Source: the human T2T-CHM13v2.0 reference genome, Homo sapiens. Taken from it: a stretch of DNA of 64,000 nt. Both the position numbers and the translations under genes were made by a program. The DNA is taken from NCBI RefSeq assembly GCF_009914755.1, contig NC_060932.1. One strand, given 5' to 3'. The notes under the pieces were generated by a model. That model was not told where the DNA came from, did not search any database, and saw only the letters and a program-made list of their open reading frames with translations. Shown here piece by piece: positions 29,139 through 43,707 of this stretch (the stretch's first letter is position 1; the number at the start of each line of letters is the position of its first letter).

Positions 29139-30574
29139 GGTCCCCTCTGTTGTAGAAGCCCCAGCTTTATGGGGATTCTATCAGTCTTCAACCCCACCCC
29201 CATCTTTACCTAGCACTCAGGTGACAAGACATAGGGCTCACTTCCAAGGATTTTCTTTATTCCATTATCTCATCCTATAGAATCTTCATTTAATTTTGGG
29301 AGACAGGAAACAGCTTATTTGTGACCTATTATGTATTCTCTATGTCTGGAACCAACATTTAAACTTTTGAAGATTCAAAGGCCTTTACTCTTCTGTTACT
29401 ATTACTCTTCTCTGAATCACCTGATGCTACTATGTCTGAATGCCAGAATGAGAGAAGATGAGAGAGAGTCTAGAAACATCGGGAAATATCAGGAAGACTA
29501 CATTACTTAATATATATCATTTCACAAATGAGCATTCAATGTATGTCCAAAACCCTGCACATTGGTTGTAGTCCCCTCAACATCCTACAAAGTCTACTCC
29601 CTTTTACATTTGGGAAACATGAGTCCCACTGAGATCCGAGAAAACCTTGTTTGAGTACTGCATTTGGGTATTTGAACAGATTTGATTTAATGCACTAGTA
29701 GAGAACGAGACAGAAATGTACTTAAGCAAAGGGGACCTGAAGGACCTACTCTGATAAACACCCTAAGAAGACTCTGACTTAAGCTCAGATAAGATTTCCA
29801 AGTTCTTCAGGAATTCTTTTACTGCAATTGGCTCAGCAACTGAATGAAGAGACTTGATAAGTTCTCACCTTTGCATGCACACATCACTTCTGTGGGGTAT
29901 GGTGAAAACAGCATGGACGTTGGCTGGGAACCACCTCATTGTCATCTTGGTTCTACCCCTGAAACTCGGAACCTCAGTATGCTCAACTTGAATCTGTGGG
30001 TAAGCATATCTATCTGGCAGAGCTATGGGGAGGCTATGGAGAAATTACTGGGGAGGGGAAAGCATGTTTATTCGAGGATATGCTTCCAGTTTGCCCTCAA
30101 GGAAGGTATTGGTTGTCAGAGTGTGGCCCATTCAGGGTGAACTCTCTTTCTCACATCTTGCCACCATGTGTAAGCAGACCAGGTCTTCATCTAGCAACTG
30201 GTCACATCACCTCTATTTCTCAGTCTGTCCCTATGTGGGAGAGGCAATTGGGCATTCTTGTCTAGGTAAAGGGATGGATGAGTGGGCTCAGCGACTGCCA
30301 CAGATAACTGACCATTCTAGAGCATGGTGTTATCTTCACTTCAGACCTCAGGCTTGGTTATACACTCACTATGCTGAGCTACCAAGCTTAGCTGAGTAAT
30401 CCTGCTCTCTTTTGGGAGGAGTGGTGATAGTGATGTGCTTGTGCATCTAGTAACAAGACTCTGACTTTGTTTCCTATTATTCATCTTATGTGGAGGAAAT
30501 ACTCCTGGAAAGAAGAACAGATAAGTAGATGAAATGCCTACAATAATATGTCTGAAAGAACTTTCCATGTGGTA

Positions 30575-30820
30575 GGTGATGTTAATAGCTGACAGATCTT
30601 GGACATTTATTTCTGAAAGCACTTTGAAGATATTAACTTACTTAATCTTCACACAACTCTATAAGGTGGAGACTCTTATTGTCCTATTCTACAGATGAGG
30701 AAATAAAGCACAGAGAGGTCAAATAACTTGCTCAAATTTATACAGGTGCTAAGTGGCAGAGCTGGGGTTTGAATCTGGGGAGTCCTGAGACTTTGATCTT
30801 AATGGCCATGCTGTTCTTAA
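30575..30820 (-). mobile_element. MIR SINE
   Basis: cttaatcttcacacaactctataagg...acagatgaggaaataaagcacagagaggtcaaataacttgctcaa...gtggcagagctggggtttgaa. Confidence 0.85.
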
Positions 30821-32499
30821 CACGAATATACCCTGATCATGTTAGTTGCTTTTCAAATTAGTCTTTCTCTTGGTTTGCATTGTGTGTCTTTTTGCCTGGT
30901 GTAGACTCAATGAAATTCAGCCCCTAAACTGGGTGGAGGTCTGGGAGATGGGCAGGATAATTATATTTGAAGGGGATGAAACATGAGAAGGAAGTCTAAA
31001 ACTGACAAGTAAAGATCAGAAGGTTTGAGGTAACCTTCCTTCCAAGATTATAAGTACAGGGCTCCAGTTCAGCCACCCTACACAGCAAAGACCACCCTGA
31101 CCTCCCAGTGAGAAGGACAAAGGCTGACTCTGGAAGCTGCATGGCTGTCCCTGAGAAATGGGACTTCACAGATTTGACGTGAGGTAATCTGTAGAGTAGT
31201 GGAGAGCCTGCTGGTGGGACAATCTGCAGAGGCTGAGATGTTGAGTGAAAACTAAACTGGCAGTTTGAAAGATTCTGTGAAGAAGATTTACTAAAATGGA
31301 AATAATAATAATAATAATAATAATACTTTGTCATCTTTTTCTCTTGCTTTATGAACAAGTTTTCTACCAGACTGAGTAGAAGAGAGAGGGTTAGGCCACC
31401 ATGGGGTTTAGATGTTTGGATGTCTTCTTTCTGACTTTTTGAGATAATAGCTGCTTGGAAATTGGAAAAGTTTAAAGTAAGCTGCCCACTGACTTTTGGT
31501 TCAAAATGGCAGCTGGCTGGGGCCTTCCAAAGCTGAACCTCACAGTTTTTCTTATTAAAACTGTTAAAACTGTGGGTGAGAAAGAAAATGAAGACCAACA
31601 GTACAGCCTAATGATAGAATCTGGAACGATTCATAGTAATGACAGGGTAGATGGATCTGGATTGAGAAAGACCTACGTTGGCTCCAGAATGTGGCATACT
31701 CTTACTTTCCTTCGTGAGAAAAATTCCCCTGAGAAAGCAAGAAGAGGCTTTGCTTTTGCCCACTCCCTGAACCTAGACTCAGCTCTAAGCTTTGCATCAA
31801 TTGGAAATGAAGCAATCACTTATTTCCCTTCCTGAGGTGCTGGTCTCTTAAACATTATTATTTATCTTTCCTCAGCTCCCTTTTTCCCATTTCCCCCAAA
31901 CCAGCCAGATTCTGCAAATCACAGCAAATTGCTGGGCACGAATTGGGACAATTAAAGTGACCACAGGGCGGCAAGAAATCATGACAAAGCTCTGGAGACA
32001 GCTGCCAAGACATGAAGACTTGGGACACTGGGACTAGCTCTGCATGCCGGGCATTGGGCTGGTCCCATCTTGCATTATCTCTAAGTACCAGGAGCTGGGC
32101 TGAGGGCTGAGGAAGGGGTACCATAGTCAAGGCAAGAGCATCACAGGTGAAAGCTGGTTATTGAGTAAGAGGTAGACTGGATTCTGAACACAAATCATGG
32201 ATTTGAGATGAGAATTTGACCAAGAAGGCAACGCACAGCGCAAATCACTCTTCTTGGCATTAATACATACTGACAAATTGACCTTGTCCTGTCCGAGGAT
32301 GAGTAAAACAAACAATATTATCAGCAACAACAACACCAAGAGGCTGGTGAAAAATGATGCAAAAAAAAAAAAAAAAAAAGGTATGTGTGTTGAGGGGTGA
32401 GTGGGAAGGGAATAACTTCAGGAAGGCAGAGCAATCTTGAAAATGATTTTCCATAAAATCTAGATGATTATTTTAGACAACTGCGCAGCATGTTCAGAA

Positions 32500-33892
<1,393 letters not shown>

Positions 33893-34394
33893 CCTGTATT
33901 TTTAATTTTTTGAACACAAGTTAGTACGTACTTGGCTAATAAAGAAACAGTGGAAGGTGAAAAACACAATAACTTACATGAAATAAAACACCCAAAGGTG
34001 AATTTGGTCTGAAAATTTGAAAATCTACCGATATTAGACTACCTTATAGTCTCTAAGGAGCCATTTTTGTTTGGTTTTTGGTTTTGTGTCTTTGGGAAAA
34101 TGGCACAGAGGGAAGTTGGGGGTCTGTGGGGAATTCCAAGGTGGCTACTGTTCTGGCCATGGTGTGATTTCACTGTTTCACATTTTCTAGGGTAAAGGAG
34201 GGAAGAAGAGAAGTCTCAAGAGATGGATTTAAGGTTCTCCATGGTTTTGCAAAGCTCCGAGAGTGTGATGACCTTTATGTGACCCAAGAATGCTCCCACG
34301 GAATACAGGATTCCAAAAAAAAAAAAAGAGGATTCATTTATAGTAGAGAAGTGGGGTCTCCCTACTCCCCATTTTCTATGGAGCAAAGGAGTAT

Positions 34395-34555
34395 ATGTGC
34401 GACCTCAGTATTATTAGTCTATCTTTCTTGGCCTCTGCCTCCTTGCCTGGAAAGTGCAGATAATAATCTTATCTCAAATGTCCTTTAGAAGATTTAATTG
34501 AATCATGCACACAAAGCATCTAACATAGCAAGAGAAATGGTAGGTGCTTAACTGA
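34395..34555 (+). mobile_element. MIR SINE
   Basis: gataataatcttatctc...aagatttaattgaatcatgcacacaaagcatctaacatag...taggtgcttaa. Confidence 0.65.
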
Positions 34556-35199
34556 TGCTTCACCTTTACTTTCACAGCACTGTGAGATTTCTGTCAATGT
34601 AAATCTTGAGGGAAAGATGAGGGATCAATTGCCAATGGGATGGTTATTTGGAGGTTCCTGGTGTGTCTCTGAAAAGAAGGGGAGGGGGCCACAAAGGAGA
34701 GAAAGAATAATGCTACGGGAGGGATGCTAGGATCTGACTTCTGTGCATTGCCCAACAACCATGTAGTTGGTCGATTTTCCCACCCTTGCACAATCTCTTG
34801 GCACAACAATTCCACATTGTTTAGGAAATATGTTGGGAGAAAAATCCTTCCTCACTTACATTTGTAATGTGAAGGGCTAGTGCTCTTGGTTTTAATAACT
34901 ATAAAACATATCTTTCTTTCTTTAGGAAAGAAAGATTGCTCTCAGTTATCCATTTTGAACACAGAATGGTGAGCAAATCAGGCTATTTATGGATACCTCT
35001 TCATTTGGTTGCATAAGATGAATGCTTCTTGGGAAGGCTGTACTTCCCTAATTCAGGTTCTTGTAGTCTAGAAAGGGAAATTCTCTTGATGAATCATTGA
35101 CCAAGGCCAAGGATTGGCCAATTTTGATTTTTCAAAACCCAGTCTCTGGTATCATATTCTTTAGGAAGTCTTCCTGGATCCCCCAATATGCTGGGTTAT

Positions 35200-35615
35200 T
35201 TAATATCAACTCAGCATTATCCTCTCCTTCCTTTTATGTTCTTCCCTGCATGAGAGAAGCTAGCCTTGGACCACATTTTCTAGATTTTTGCCAGGAGGGT
35301 TCAGGGTTGGATTCTTCTAAGAAGAAGTGTTGGTGTGGTATTTTGAAGGCAAAAGAGAAGAAGTTCTTATTCTCAGCAGCAGCCATCAGGGAGTAGGTGT
35401 CAATAGATGCAGAAAGTTTCCATTAGTTTCCTTCCGTGCATCTTCTTGAGAATTTTCCAGTTCTGCACAGCTTCCTGGATTCTAGCTTTTCCAGATTTCC
35501 TGACCAACGTGACTCCAATTCATCCCACAGTTGTTTAAGCTTTTAATTTCCTGTATTAAGTTCCTTTCTGCCTCAACTATGCACGGTGTCCTGTCTTCCT
35601 ATCTAGACTTTGAAA
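35200..35615 (+). mobile_element. Old ERVL-class LTR (subfamily uncertain)
   Basis: gaagctag...ccacattttctagattttt and 3' ttcctgtattaagttcctttctgcctcaact, reminiscent of ERVL LTR ends. Confidence 0.4.
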
Positions 35616-35773
35616 CTCCAGATTGAGTTAAACGTTCTGTTCTTAACATTATTTTAGCATCTTTTTCTTGTTATTGCTTAAATCCATAGCTTGCATCCAT
35701 AGGCTGTGGAGTAAAGCAGAAACTTTCACAGTTTCTTCAGCTGCCAAGGGTTGTCAAAGGCTCTTAAAAATTT

Positions 35774-36191
<418 letters not shown>

Positions 36192-36564
36192 CTAAGGAAA
36201 CTAATAGTAGTAAAGTCAGGGACTCTGATGAGTCATTTCAGTATCACAAGGTTAACCACTCCAATGTATTGTGACTCCTGGAGTCACTGGCTTTTTTACT
36301 ATGCTTAAGATGTAACAAACTTATCTACCAGTTGAAAACCAGTTACATTTCTCCACTGCCTGCCACATAACATCAATCACTATTATAAAGAAGGATGGAA
36401 GGAATTTAGTAAAAGGTGGTCCCCAGACTGTTAGAACTGCAGAGTATATGCTCCTCCTTCTTTTAGTCATTCTTGCAATTGTACACCACTTCATCTTGGA
36501 GATCCGGAAAAGAAAATAGGATGTGTAAATCATCTCTTGACAAAATAGCAAACACATTGTAAAT

Positions 36565-36594
36565 CAGAGGTTGGCCATTGTCTTTATCTTTTTT

Positions 36595-36665
<71 letters not shown>

Positions 36666-36677
36666 CTCTTTCTTTCT

Positions 36678-36737
<60 letters not shown>

Positions 36738-37038
36738 TCCTTCCTTTCTTTCTTTCTTCCCCTTCCTTCCTTCCTTCCTTCCCTTCCCTTTCCTTCCTTC
36801 CTTTCTTTCATTCTTTCTTTCCTTCTTTTTTGATAAAGACAGAAATAGTAAATATTTTCATCTTTACTGGATACTGAGCCACTGTCCTTCCTGCTCCACT
36901 CTGCCATTATAGAGAAAACAGTCATAGATAATATGTAAATGAATGAATGAGGCTGTATTCCAATAAAACTTTATTGACAAAAACAATGGATGGGTCAGAG
37001 TGACATTTGGCCCATGGGCTGTAGTTCCTCATCCTCTG
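36565..37038 (+). mobile_element. MER58A interrupted by a (TTTC)n tract
   Basis: cagaggttggcc start. After the tract: atagtaaatatttt...ggctgtattccaataaaactttatt...tttggcccatgggctgtagtt. Confidence 0.75.
36589..36831. repeat. (TTTC)n/(TTCC)n polypyrimidine tract
   Basis: About 243 nt of almost pure C/T. Confidence 0.97.
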
Positions 37039-38492
37039 TCCCAAAGTAGATCAACTTGGCAAAGCTATTTTCTTCTAATCTGAGGAATACTCTGCCCTCA
37101 TTTATTTTTGTTCCTTGGCCTTAGAAGATAGTCCTGATAAAGGGGACAGATGATGTGAAAACTAAAAAAAAAAAAAAAAAAAAAAAACTATTAGGCAAAA
37201 GTGTACAGATGGAGGAGAAAGTTAATATTTATTCAACTACTGCTGTACTTCTAACAGATTTTACAATGACTAGCTTAAGACAGACAGACCCTCTCCTTCC
37301 TCCTGCATGATGGTTCAAAAAGCAGAGGTTGGCCAGCATAGACACAGCATATCCTTAACTATAAAAACCTGCTTAAGAGAAGCACTCACATAGATTCTGC
37401 CCCCAAAGCACTCTTCTCTATGAAGCTCTTCTCATGGTGGTGGTTTGGTTGTGTATGAGGTGACCATTGCAGAGTGAAGTGAAGAATAAGCAATAATGCA
37501 AACAGTGATGACAAAGAGAAGTGAAAATGCAGCAAAGCATAAACTTGCATCTGACATTTTCTACTACATTTCATCTCTCTGCAAATACACTTTGTATGGA
37601 GCACTGTGGGGGGATAAAGAGATGTAGAGTGGCTCTTTCAGAGCCTGGTATAGATTTGATGCTCAATAAATGTGAATGAAGAATGGAAGAATGAATAAAT
37701 TCATGCATAAATGGATAGATGGATGGGTGGACTGATAAGGAAGACATGTTCAGGATAGCTGGATTACAATCTGGTGTCTGCCACAAAACTGTCTATGCAA
37801 CCCTAAGCAAATCATGTCACTTCCATGGGCTTAAATTTCTTTGGGGGATTGAGGTGTTTAGGCTGAATGTTTTCTAAGATCCCTTTAATCTCTGAGTTTT
37901 AAATTCGGTATCTTAATTGGTAGTGGGCAAGAGAAGGGACTCTCCCTCCTACCAGTCTTCACTGTGCCTGACTCCACCCTCTGGTGCAGTGTTCAAACAG
38001 GTGTATTACAAGATCCTCCTTGCAGCGATGCCTATCTCCACCCAGAATTACAACTCTGACTCTATTCTCACCACCTGTTCTCTTTAATGTGGATGAAGAC
38101 CTCCTGCTTCTGGTTATTCAGGATTCTCGTAAGCTCCTCTTTCACAAAGGCTGAGCATCTGAGCACAAGAACCTAACTTGAGGAGTGTGCACAGCCTGCC
38201 TGATTGGAACCACTCTCCTGCAGAACCAGTGGTCCATTCCATCCCTTTGTACATGGATTGTAGGTTCCTTCTCCTCTACTCCAGCTTTCACTCCCTCTCA
38301 CGGCTTTTCTCTTGTCTTGAAGATAATTTTAAAAAATCTTATTACTAGTACAAAACACATTTTTTGTAGAAAAAATAGAAAGTCAAACAAAAATTAGGTA
38401 TATTTATTTGTAAAATGATAATCCAATGCAATTTACTATCAACTCATTGCTGTATATCCTTTTGGATATTTTTTCATGCATACTGTAACCTG

Positions 38493-38640
38493 ATTTTTTT
38501 CTTTTCTTTATTTTCCTCCTCCCTCCTTCCTTCCTTCCCTTCCCTTCCCTTTCCTTCCTTCCTGCCTTTCTTCTTTCCCTCCCTCCCTCCCTCTCTCCCT
38601 CCCTCCCTCCTTCCTTCCTTCCTTCCTTCTTCCTTCCTTT
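38493..38640. repeat. (CCTT)n/(CCCT)n tract, probably the decayed tail of the adjacent L1MB
   Basis: CT-only repeats abutting the L1 3' end. Confidence 0.9.
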
Positions 38641-39141
38641 CAGTTTTAAGTTCAATAGTCTTAAATATACCCACACCATTGTGCAACCAATTTCCAGAAC
38701 TCTTTTTATCTTGCAAAACTGAAACTCTGTGCTTATTATGTGATAACTCCCTATTTCCTCCTCCTCCCAGGCCCTGGCAACCGCCATTCTACTTTCTGTC
38801 TCTATGAATTTGACTACTCTAGGTGTCTTATATACTTAGATTCATACAGCACTTGTTTTTTGTAACTGCCTTATTTCACTTTTGCATAATATCCTCAGTG
38901 TTCATCCACGTTGTAGTTCATCCACGTTGTAGTTCATGTCAGAGTATTCCTCCTTTTTAAGGCAGAATAATATTCCATTGTATTATAAACGGGAATAACA
39001 CAGAGATTTTGCAGGCTTGGTTCCAGACCATCTGAATAAAGCAGATATCACAATAAATTATCACACATTTTTTTTTTAGTTTTCTAGTGTGTATAAAAGT
39101 TATGTTTACACTGTACTGTGGTTTAAGTGTGCAATAACATG

Positions 39142-39495
39142 TGATATGGTTTGGCTGTGTCCCCACCCAAATCTCAACTTGAATTGTATCTCTTATAATT
39201 CCCATGTATCATCAGAGGGACCCAGGAGGAGGTAATTGAATCATGGGGGCCAGCCTTTCCTGTGCTATTCTCATGATAGTTAATAAGTCTCACAAGATCT
39301 GATGGGTTTATCAGGGATTTCTGTTTTTGCTTCTTCCTCATTTTCTTTTGCTGCCACCATGTGAGAAGTGCCTTTTACCTCCCACCGTGATTCTGAGGCC
39401 TCCCCAGCCATGCAGAACTGTAAGTCCAATTAAACCTCTTTTTCTTCCCAGTCTTGGGTGTGTCTTTATCAGCAGCATAAATAAGGACTAATACA
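39142..39495 (+). mobile_element. THE1A-like MaLR solo LTR nested in Tigger1
   Basis: tgatatggtttggctgtgtccccacccaaatctc...ggactaataca, 354 bp. Perfect 5-bp TSD acatg (39137-39141 / 39496-39500). Confidence 0.95.
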
Positions 39496-39745
39496 ACATG
39501 TTTATAAAATAACAATGTACATACATTAATTAAAAATTGTTTATTGCTAAAAAATGCTAAAGATCATCTGATCCTTCCAACAGTTACTAATATAATCTTT
39601 TTTCTGGTGGAGGGTCTTGCCTCAGTGCTGATGGTTGCTGACTTATCAGAGTGGTGGGTTCTAAAGGTTGGGGTGGCTGTGGCAATTTCTTAAAATAAGG
39701 CAACAGTGAAGTTCACTGCAATTGATTCTTCCTTTCAGGAAAGAT

Positions 39746-41311
39746 TTATCTGTAGAAAGCTGTTTGATGGCATTTTCCTGACAGTAGAATTTCTTTTATA
39801 TATTTGGAGTCAATCTTCTCAAACCCTGCTGCTGCTTTATTAACTAAGCTTATGTAACATTTTAAATCCTTTGTTATTTTAACAATTTTTGTAGTATCTT
39901 CACCAGGAGTTGATTCCTTCTCAAGAAACCCCTTTCTTTGCTCATCCATAAGAAGCAAGTTTTCATCTATCAAAGTTTTATCATAAGATTATAGTCACAT
40001 TCTTTAGGCTCCAATTCAAATTCTAGTTCTCCTGCTACTTTCATCACGTGTAGAGGTCTTGAGCCCCTCAAAGTCATCCATGAGAGTTGGAAACCTCTTT
40101 CAAACTCCTGTTAATGTGGATATTTTGACTTTGTTACATAAATCACAAACGTTCTTAATAGCACCTACAATGGTGAAAACTTTCCAGAGGTTTTCAATTT
40201 ACTTGGCCCAAATCTATTAGATGAATCATTATCAATGGCAGCTATAGCCTTATGAAATGTGTGTTTTAAATAATCAGACTTGAAAGTTGAAATTATTCTT
40301 TGAGCCATAAGCTGCAAAGTGGATGTTATGTTAATAGGTATGAAAACAATATTAATTTCCTTGTACATCTTCATCAGAGCTCCTGGGTGACTAGGTGCAT
40401 TGTCAATGAGCAGTAATATTTTGAAATAAATCTTTTTTTTCTGAGCAGTAGGTCTCAACAGTGGGCTTAAAATATTCAGTAAACCACACTGTAAACCGAT
40501 GAGCTGTCATTTAATCTTTGTTGTTCTATTTATAGAACACAGGTAGAGTATATATAGTATAATTTTTAAGAGCCCTAGGATTTTTGAAGTGGTTTATGAG
40601 CATTGGCTGCTACTTAAAGTCATGAGTTGCATTAACCTCTAACAAGAGTGTAGACCTGTTTTTCAAAGCTCTGAAACTCAGCAGTGATGTCTCTTTAGCT
40701 ATAAAAGTCCTAGACGACATCTTCTTGCAATATAAGGTTGTTTGGTATACATTAAAAATCTGTTGTTTAACGGAGCTACCTTCATCAATTATCTTAGCTA
40801 GATCTTCTGGATAACTTGCCATAGCTTCTATATCAGCACTGTGGCTTCATATTGTACTTTTCTGTTGTGGAGATGGCTTTTTTTCTTAAACTTCATTAAT
40901 CAAACTCTGCTAGCTCCAAACTTTTCTTCTGCAGCTTCCCCACCTCCCTCAGCCCTCATAGAATTGAAAAACATCTTCAGTCCTAGGGCTTTGCTCTGGA
41001 TTAGGCTTTGACTAGAGAGAATGTTGTGGCTAGTTTGATTTTCTATTCAGACCATTGAAACTTTCTTCATATCAGCAATAAGATTGTTTTGCTTTCTTAT
41101 CGCTCATGTGTTCACTGGAGTGGCACTTTTAAAATTTCTTTCAAAAGTTATTCCTATGCGTTCATAATTTGGCTGTTTGGCACAATAGGCCTAGCTTTTG
41201 GCCCATTTCAGCTTTTGACATGCCCTCCTCACTAAGCTTAATCATTTCTAGCCTTTGATTTAAAGTGAGAGACATGTAACTCTTCCTTTCATATGAACTT
41301 TTTGCAGACAT
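39746..41311 (-). pseudogene. Disrupted Tigger1 (pogo-family) transposase
   Basis: ORF pieces MSAKSSYERKSYMSLTLNQRLEMIKLSEEGMSKAEMGQKLGL (CENP-B-like HTH), [12 protein letters not shown]...QQIFNV and [13 protein letters not shown] (DDE domain), separated by stops and frameshifts. Confidence 0.9.
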
Positions 41312-42204
41312 TGTAGGGTTACTAATTGGCCTAATTTCAATGCTATGTGTCTCAGAAAATAGGGCCATCTGAGGAGAGGGGAAAAACGAAGGGAGTGTTT
41401 GGTTAGTAGAGCAGCCAGAATACACACAATGTGGATCCATTAAGTTTGCCATCTTACGTGGGTGAGGTTCATTGCACCTCAAAACAATTACAGTGGTAAT
41501 GCCCAAGGTGACTGATCACAGATCACTATAATTATAATTAAGAACTTTGAAATATTGTGAGAGTTATTAAAATGTGACAGGACATGAAACAAGCATATGC
41601 TATCAGAAAAAAATGGTGCTAATAGATTTGCTCAACTCAGAGTTGCCACAACCCCTGATTTGTAAAAAATGGAGTATCTGAGAAGCAAAATAAAGCAATG
41701 TGCAATAAAGTGAGCTGTGCCATATCACATTTTGTTTTTCCATTCTTCCATCAATGGGCACTGGGTTTGCTTTTGTGTTTTAGCTGTTGTGAATAATGCT
41801 ACTATAAACACGGGTGTACAAATATCTCCTTGAGATTCTGCTTTCTGTTCTTTTGAACATATACAAAGAAGTGAAATTACCAGATCATATGGATTTTCTT
41901 TTTTAACATTTCTGAGAAACCATCATGCTGTTTTCTGCAGCGGCTACACCATTTTACATTCCTATCAACAGTCCCCATTTCTCCACATCCTCACCAACAC
42001 TTGCTCTTTTCTGTATGTTCTCGTTTTATCATAACCATCCTAATGGGGTGAGCTGGTACTCCTTTTTGTGAGCTAGAAAAAGTGGGATCGCACAAGTTGG
42101 GAACTTGCATTTTCCCCTTCAATAACATACCGTGTACATGTTTTTGAATCCATACATATTCATTTCGAGTACCGTTTCTAGTGGCTGCAGAGCTTTCTGT
42201 TCCA

Positions 42205-42390
42205 TCCCTTGCTTAATGCAAGACCCCGTGCAACTTGCTCAACCTCTCCCTGCCTCAGTTTCTGCAGTTCTAAAAGAGGGCAATAAATACCTTAAGAGAA
42301 TGTTGTGAGGTGCAATGGAGTGACACATGAAAAGAACGTACCATGATTACCGGCACATTGGAGACATTCATTTAATATTGGTAATTATTG
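42205..42390 (+). mobile_element. MIR SINE
   Basis: caacttgctcaacctctccctgcctcagtttc...gttgtgagg...ccggcacattggagacattc. Confidence 0.75.
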
Positions 42391-43269
42391 TCAATAGTTT
42401 TACTATTTGTGCCCTGCATTTGTAGATCCACAGTATTCCTCATTGACCTTGAGGTTGTTCCTGAGTTTTCAATTCAAAAAAACACATGAAAACTAGCTAC
42501 ATAATTGCAGTAATTTCCTTTTAAAAGCCACTTGGACAGGCCCCCTTTCTCAGAGATGAGTTTCTGAAGCAGAGAACTCCACCCTATCTGAGACCTGGAC
42601 TCTGCCCTTGGCTTCCTTAGAACAGCTTTCTGTCATGTAGAGCAGGGGCCACCCCAGAACACACAGCTCTGGCCTTGGTTTTTAAAGAAGCCCTCTCATA
42701 ATTCATGACCAGGCTATCTCACCTGCCGATGTGTGGACCTGAAGCTGTTCTTGGGGCCCGGCACAATGATGCCTGTCTTGGAGAAAGTGCAGTCAAATGT
42801 TTGCTGGAGTAATGCAGCATTTCCTACACCGGTCCCCTGATTGCCATCGTGGGGGCTTATCTTTACCCATAAAAGGAAGCATGAGCACATATTAAGTTGT
42901 TAACACCAGAAAAATATAAAGGCTAGAATAGAATGCCTGGGAGACTTCCTGGTGTTCTGCTATATATTGTATCTGAGGGTAGAAAGGAGATTGCACTGGA
43001 AAAGGAGAGTGGGGGGCTTTCTGAGCATGGTGGGTCTGTAAGGCCAGGTTTACTTAGCAGGTAGCGCATCAGCCTTCTCATTAAACCGAGAGTTTCTTGA
43101 GGGATCAGAAGGCCTTCTGTGCAGTGATCTCTTTGCCTCTCATATTTGACTGGCCCATCAAGGGACAGAAACTGCTAATAGCCAGGAAAGGTCCCCATCC
43201 AAAGCATATCTGTGACAGAAACGCACGTCAGAGGAACCTTGTTCTCTAAAATGAAGCTGAGTGCTGTGT

Positions 43270-43455
43270 GGGCCAGCCAGCCAGATGGCACTGGATTGAA
43301 ATTCTGCCTCTGACAGTAAATTTTTAATATAGACTCTCTGAACTCTGCAGTCTCCTTGTCTATAAACTAGAGATGAGGTCACCTAAAATACAGGCTTTGT
43401 GTAAAGATTAAATGAGATTATAGGTGCAACATTCCAGGGGTATAGTTTGCTATAT
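43270..43455 (+). mobile_element. MIR SINE
   Basis: ctggattgaaattctgcctctg...ctctctgaactctgcagtctccttgtctataaa...gtaaagattaaatgagat. Confidence 0.7.
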
Positions 43456-43707
43456 AAGATAAAGAGTGGCCACACTGCATTCGTAAATTCCCAGTCAAAT
43501 GCATACAAACTGGGTGTGTTTGAAATCTGGGCACTTGCACCATGGACAAATGCCTGATTTTTATTACTTGACTTTTTAAAATATTGAAGTTAGGACTTCT
43601 AAAAGTCCAAAGACTCCAAGTTGGAGAGTATAAAAGTAGACTAGTATCAAAATACACAAAGTCCACAATGAAAGAACTCATCCTAGTATAAACTTAAGGA
43701 CACTTTA

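Larger units (their letters stand above)
38990..41722 (-). mobile_element. Tigger1 (TcMar-Tigger) DNA transposon, near full length
   Basis: Degenerate TIR-proximal sequences at both ends (gagattttgcaggcttggttccagacc; gcaaaataaagcaatgtgcaataaa), TA flanks, about 2.38 kb after removing THE1, transposase remnants inside. Confidence 0.93.
38640..42065 (-). mobile_element. L1MB (L1MB3-like) 3' end split by Tigger1
   Basis: 38640-38988 ...ccagaactctttttatcttgcaaaactgaaactc...aatattccattgtat, resuming collinearly at 41723 tatcacattttgttt...ccattttacattcc...catcctaatggg. Confidence 0.88.

Noticed and set aside
30996-31598. Longest ORF in the track (200 aa, minus strand)
   Set aside because: Non-ATG start, runs through an (AAT)n repeat giving poly-Tyr, no recognisable domain or splice structure. 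Consistent with a chance ORF.
36571-36925. Low-complexity ORFs (poly-SFFL, poly-KERK), also at 38404-38807
   Set aside because: Translations of simple repeats.
39399-39411. PRDM9 hotspot motif position in THE1A
   Set aside because: Reads CCTCCCCAGCCAT, the non-hot form, and does not match CCNCCNTNNCCNC.
39746-41506. Possible domesticated TIGD-like transposase gene
   Set aside because: Frame is broken into short pieces by stops and frameshifts, and a conserved acidic motif appears altered (IFNVYQT). This is a neutral fossil.
43460-43690. Possible hAT-Blackjack-like fragment (agagtggccac...catccta)
   Set aside because: Similarity too weak to name a family by eye.
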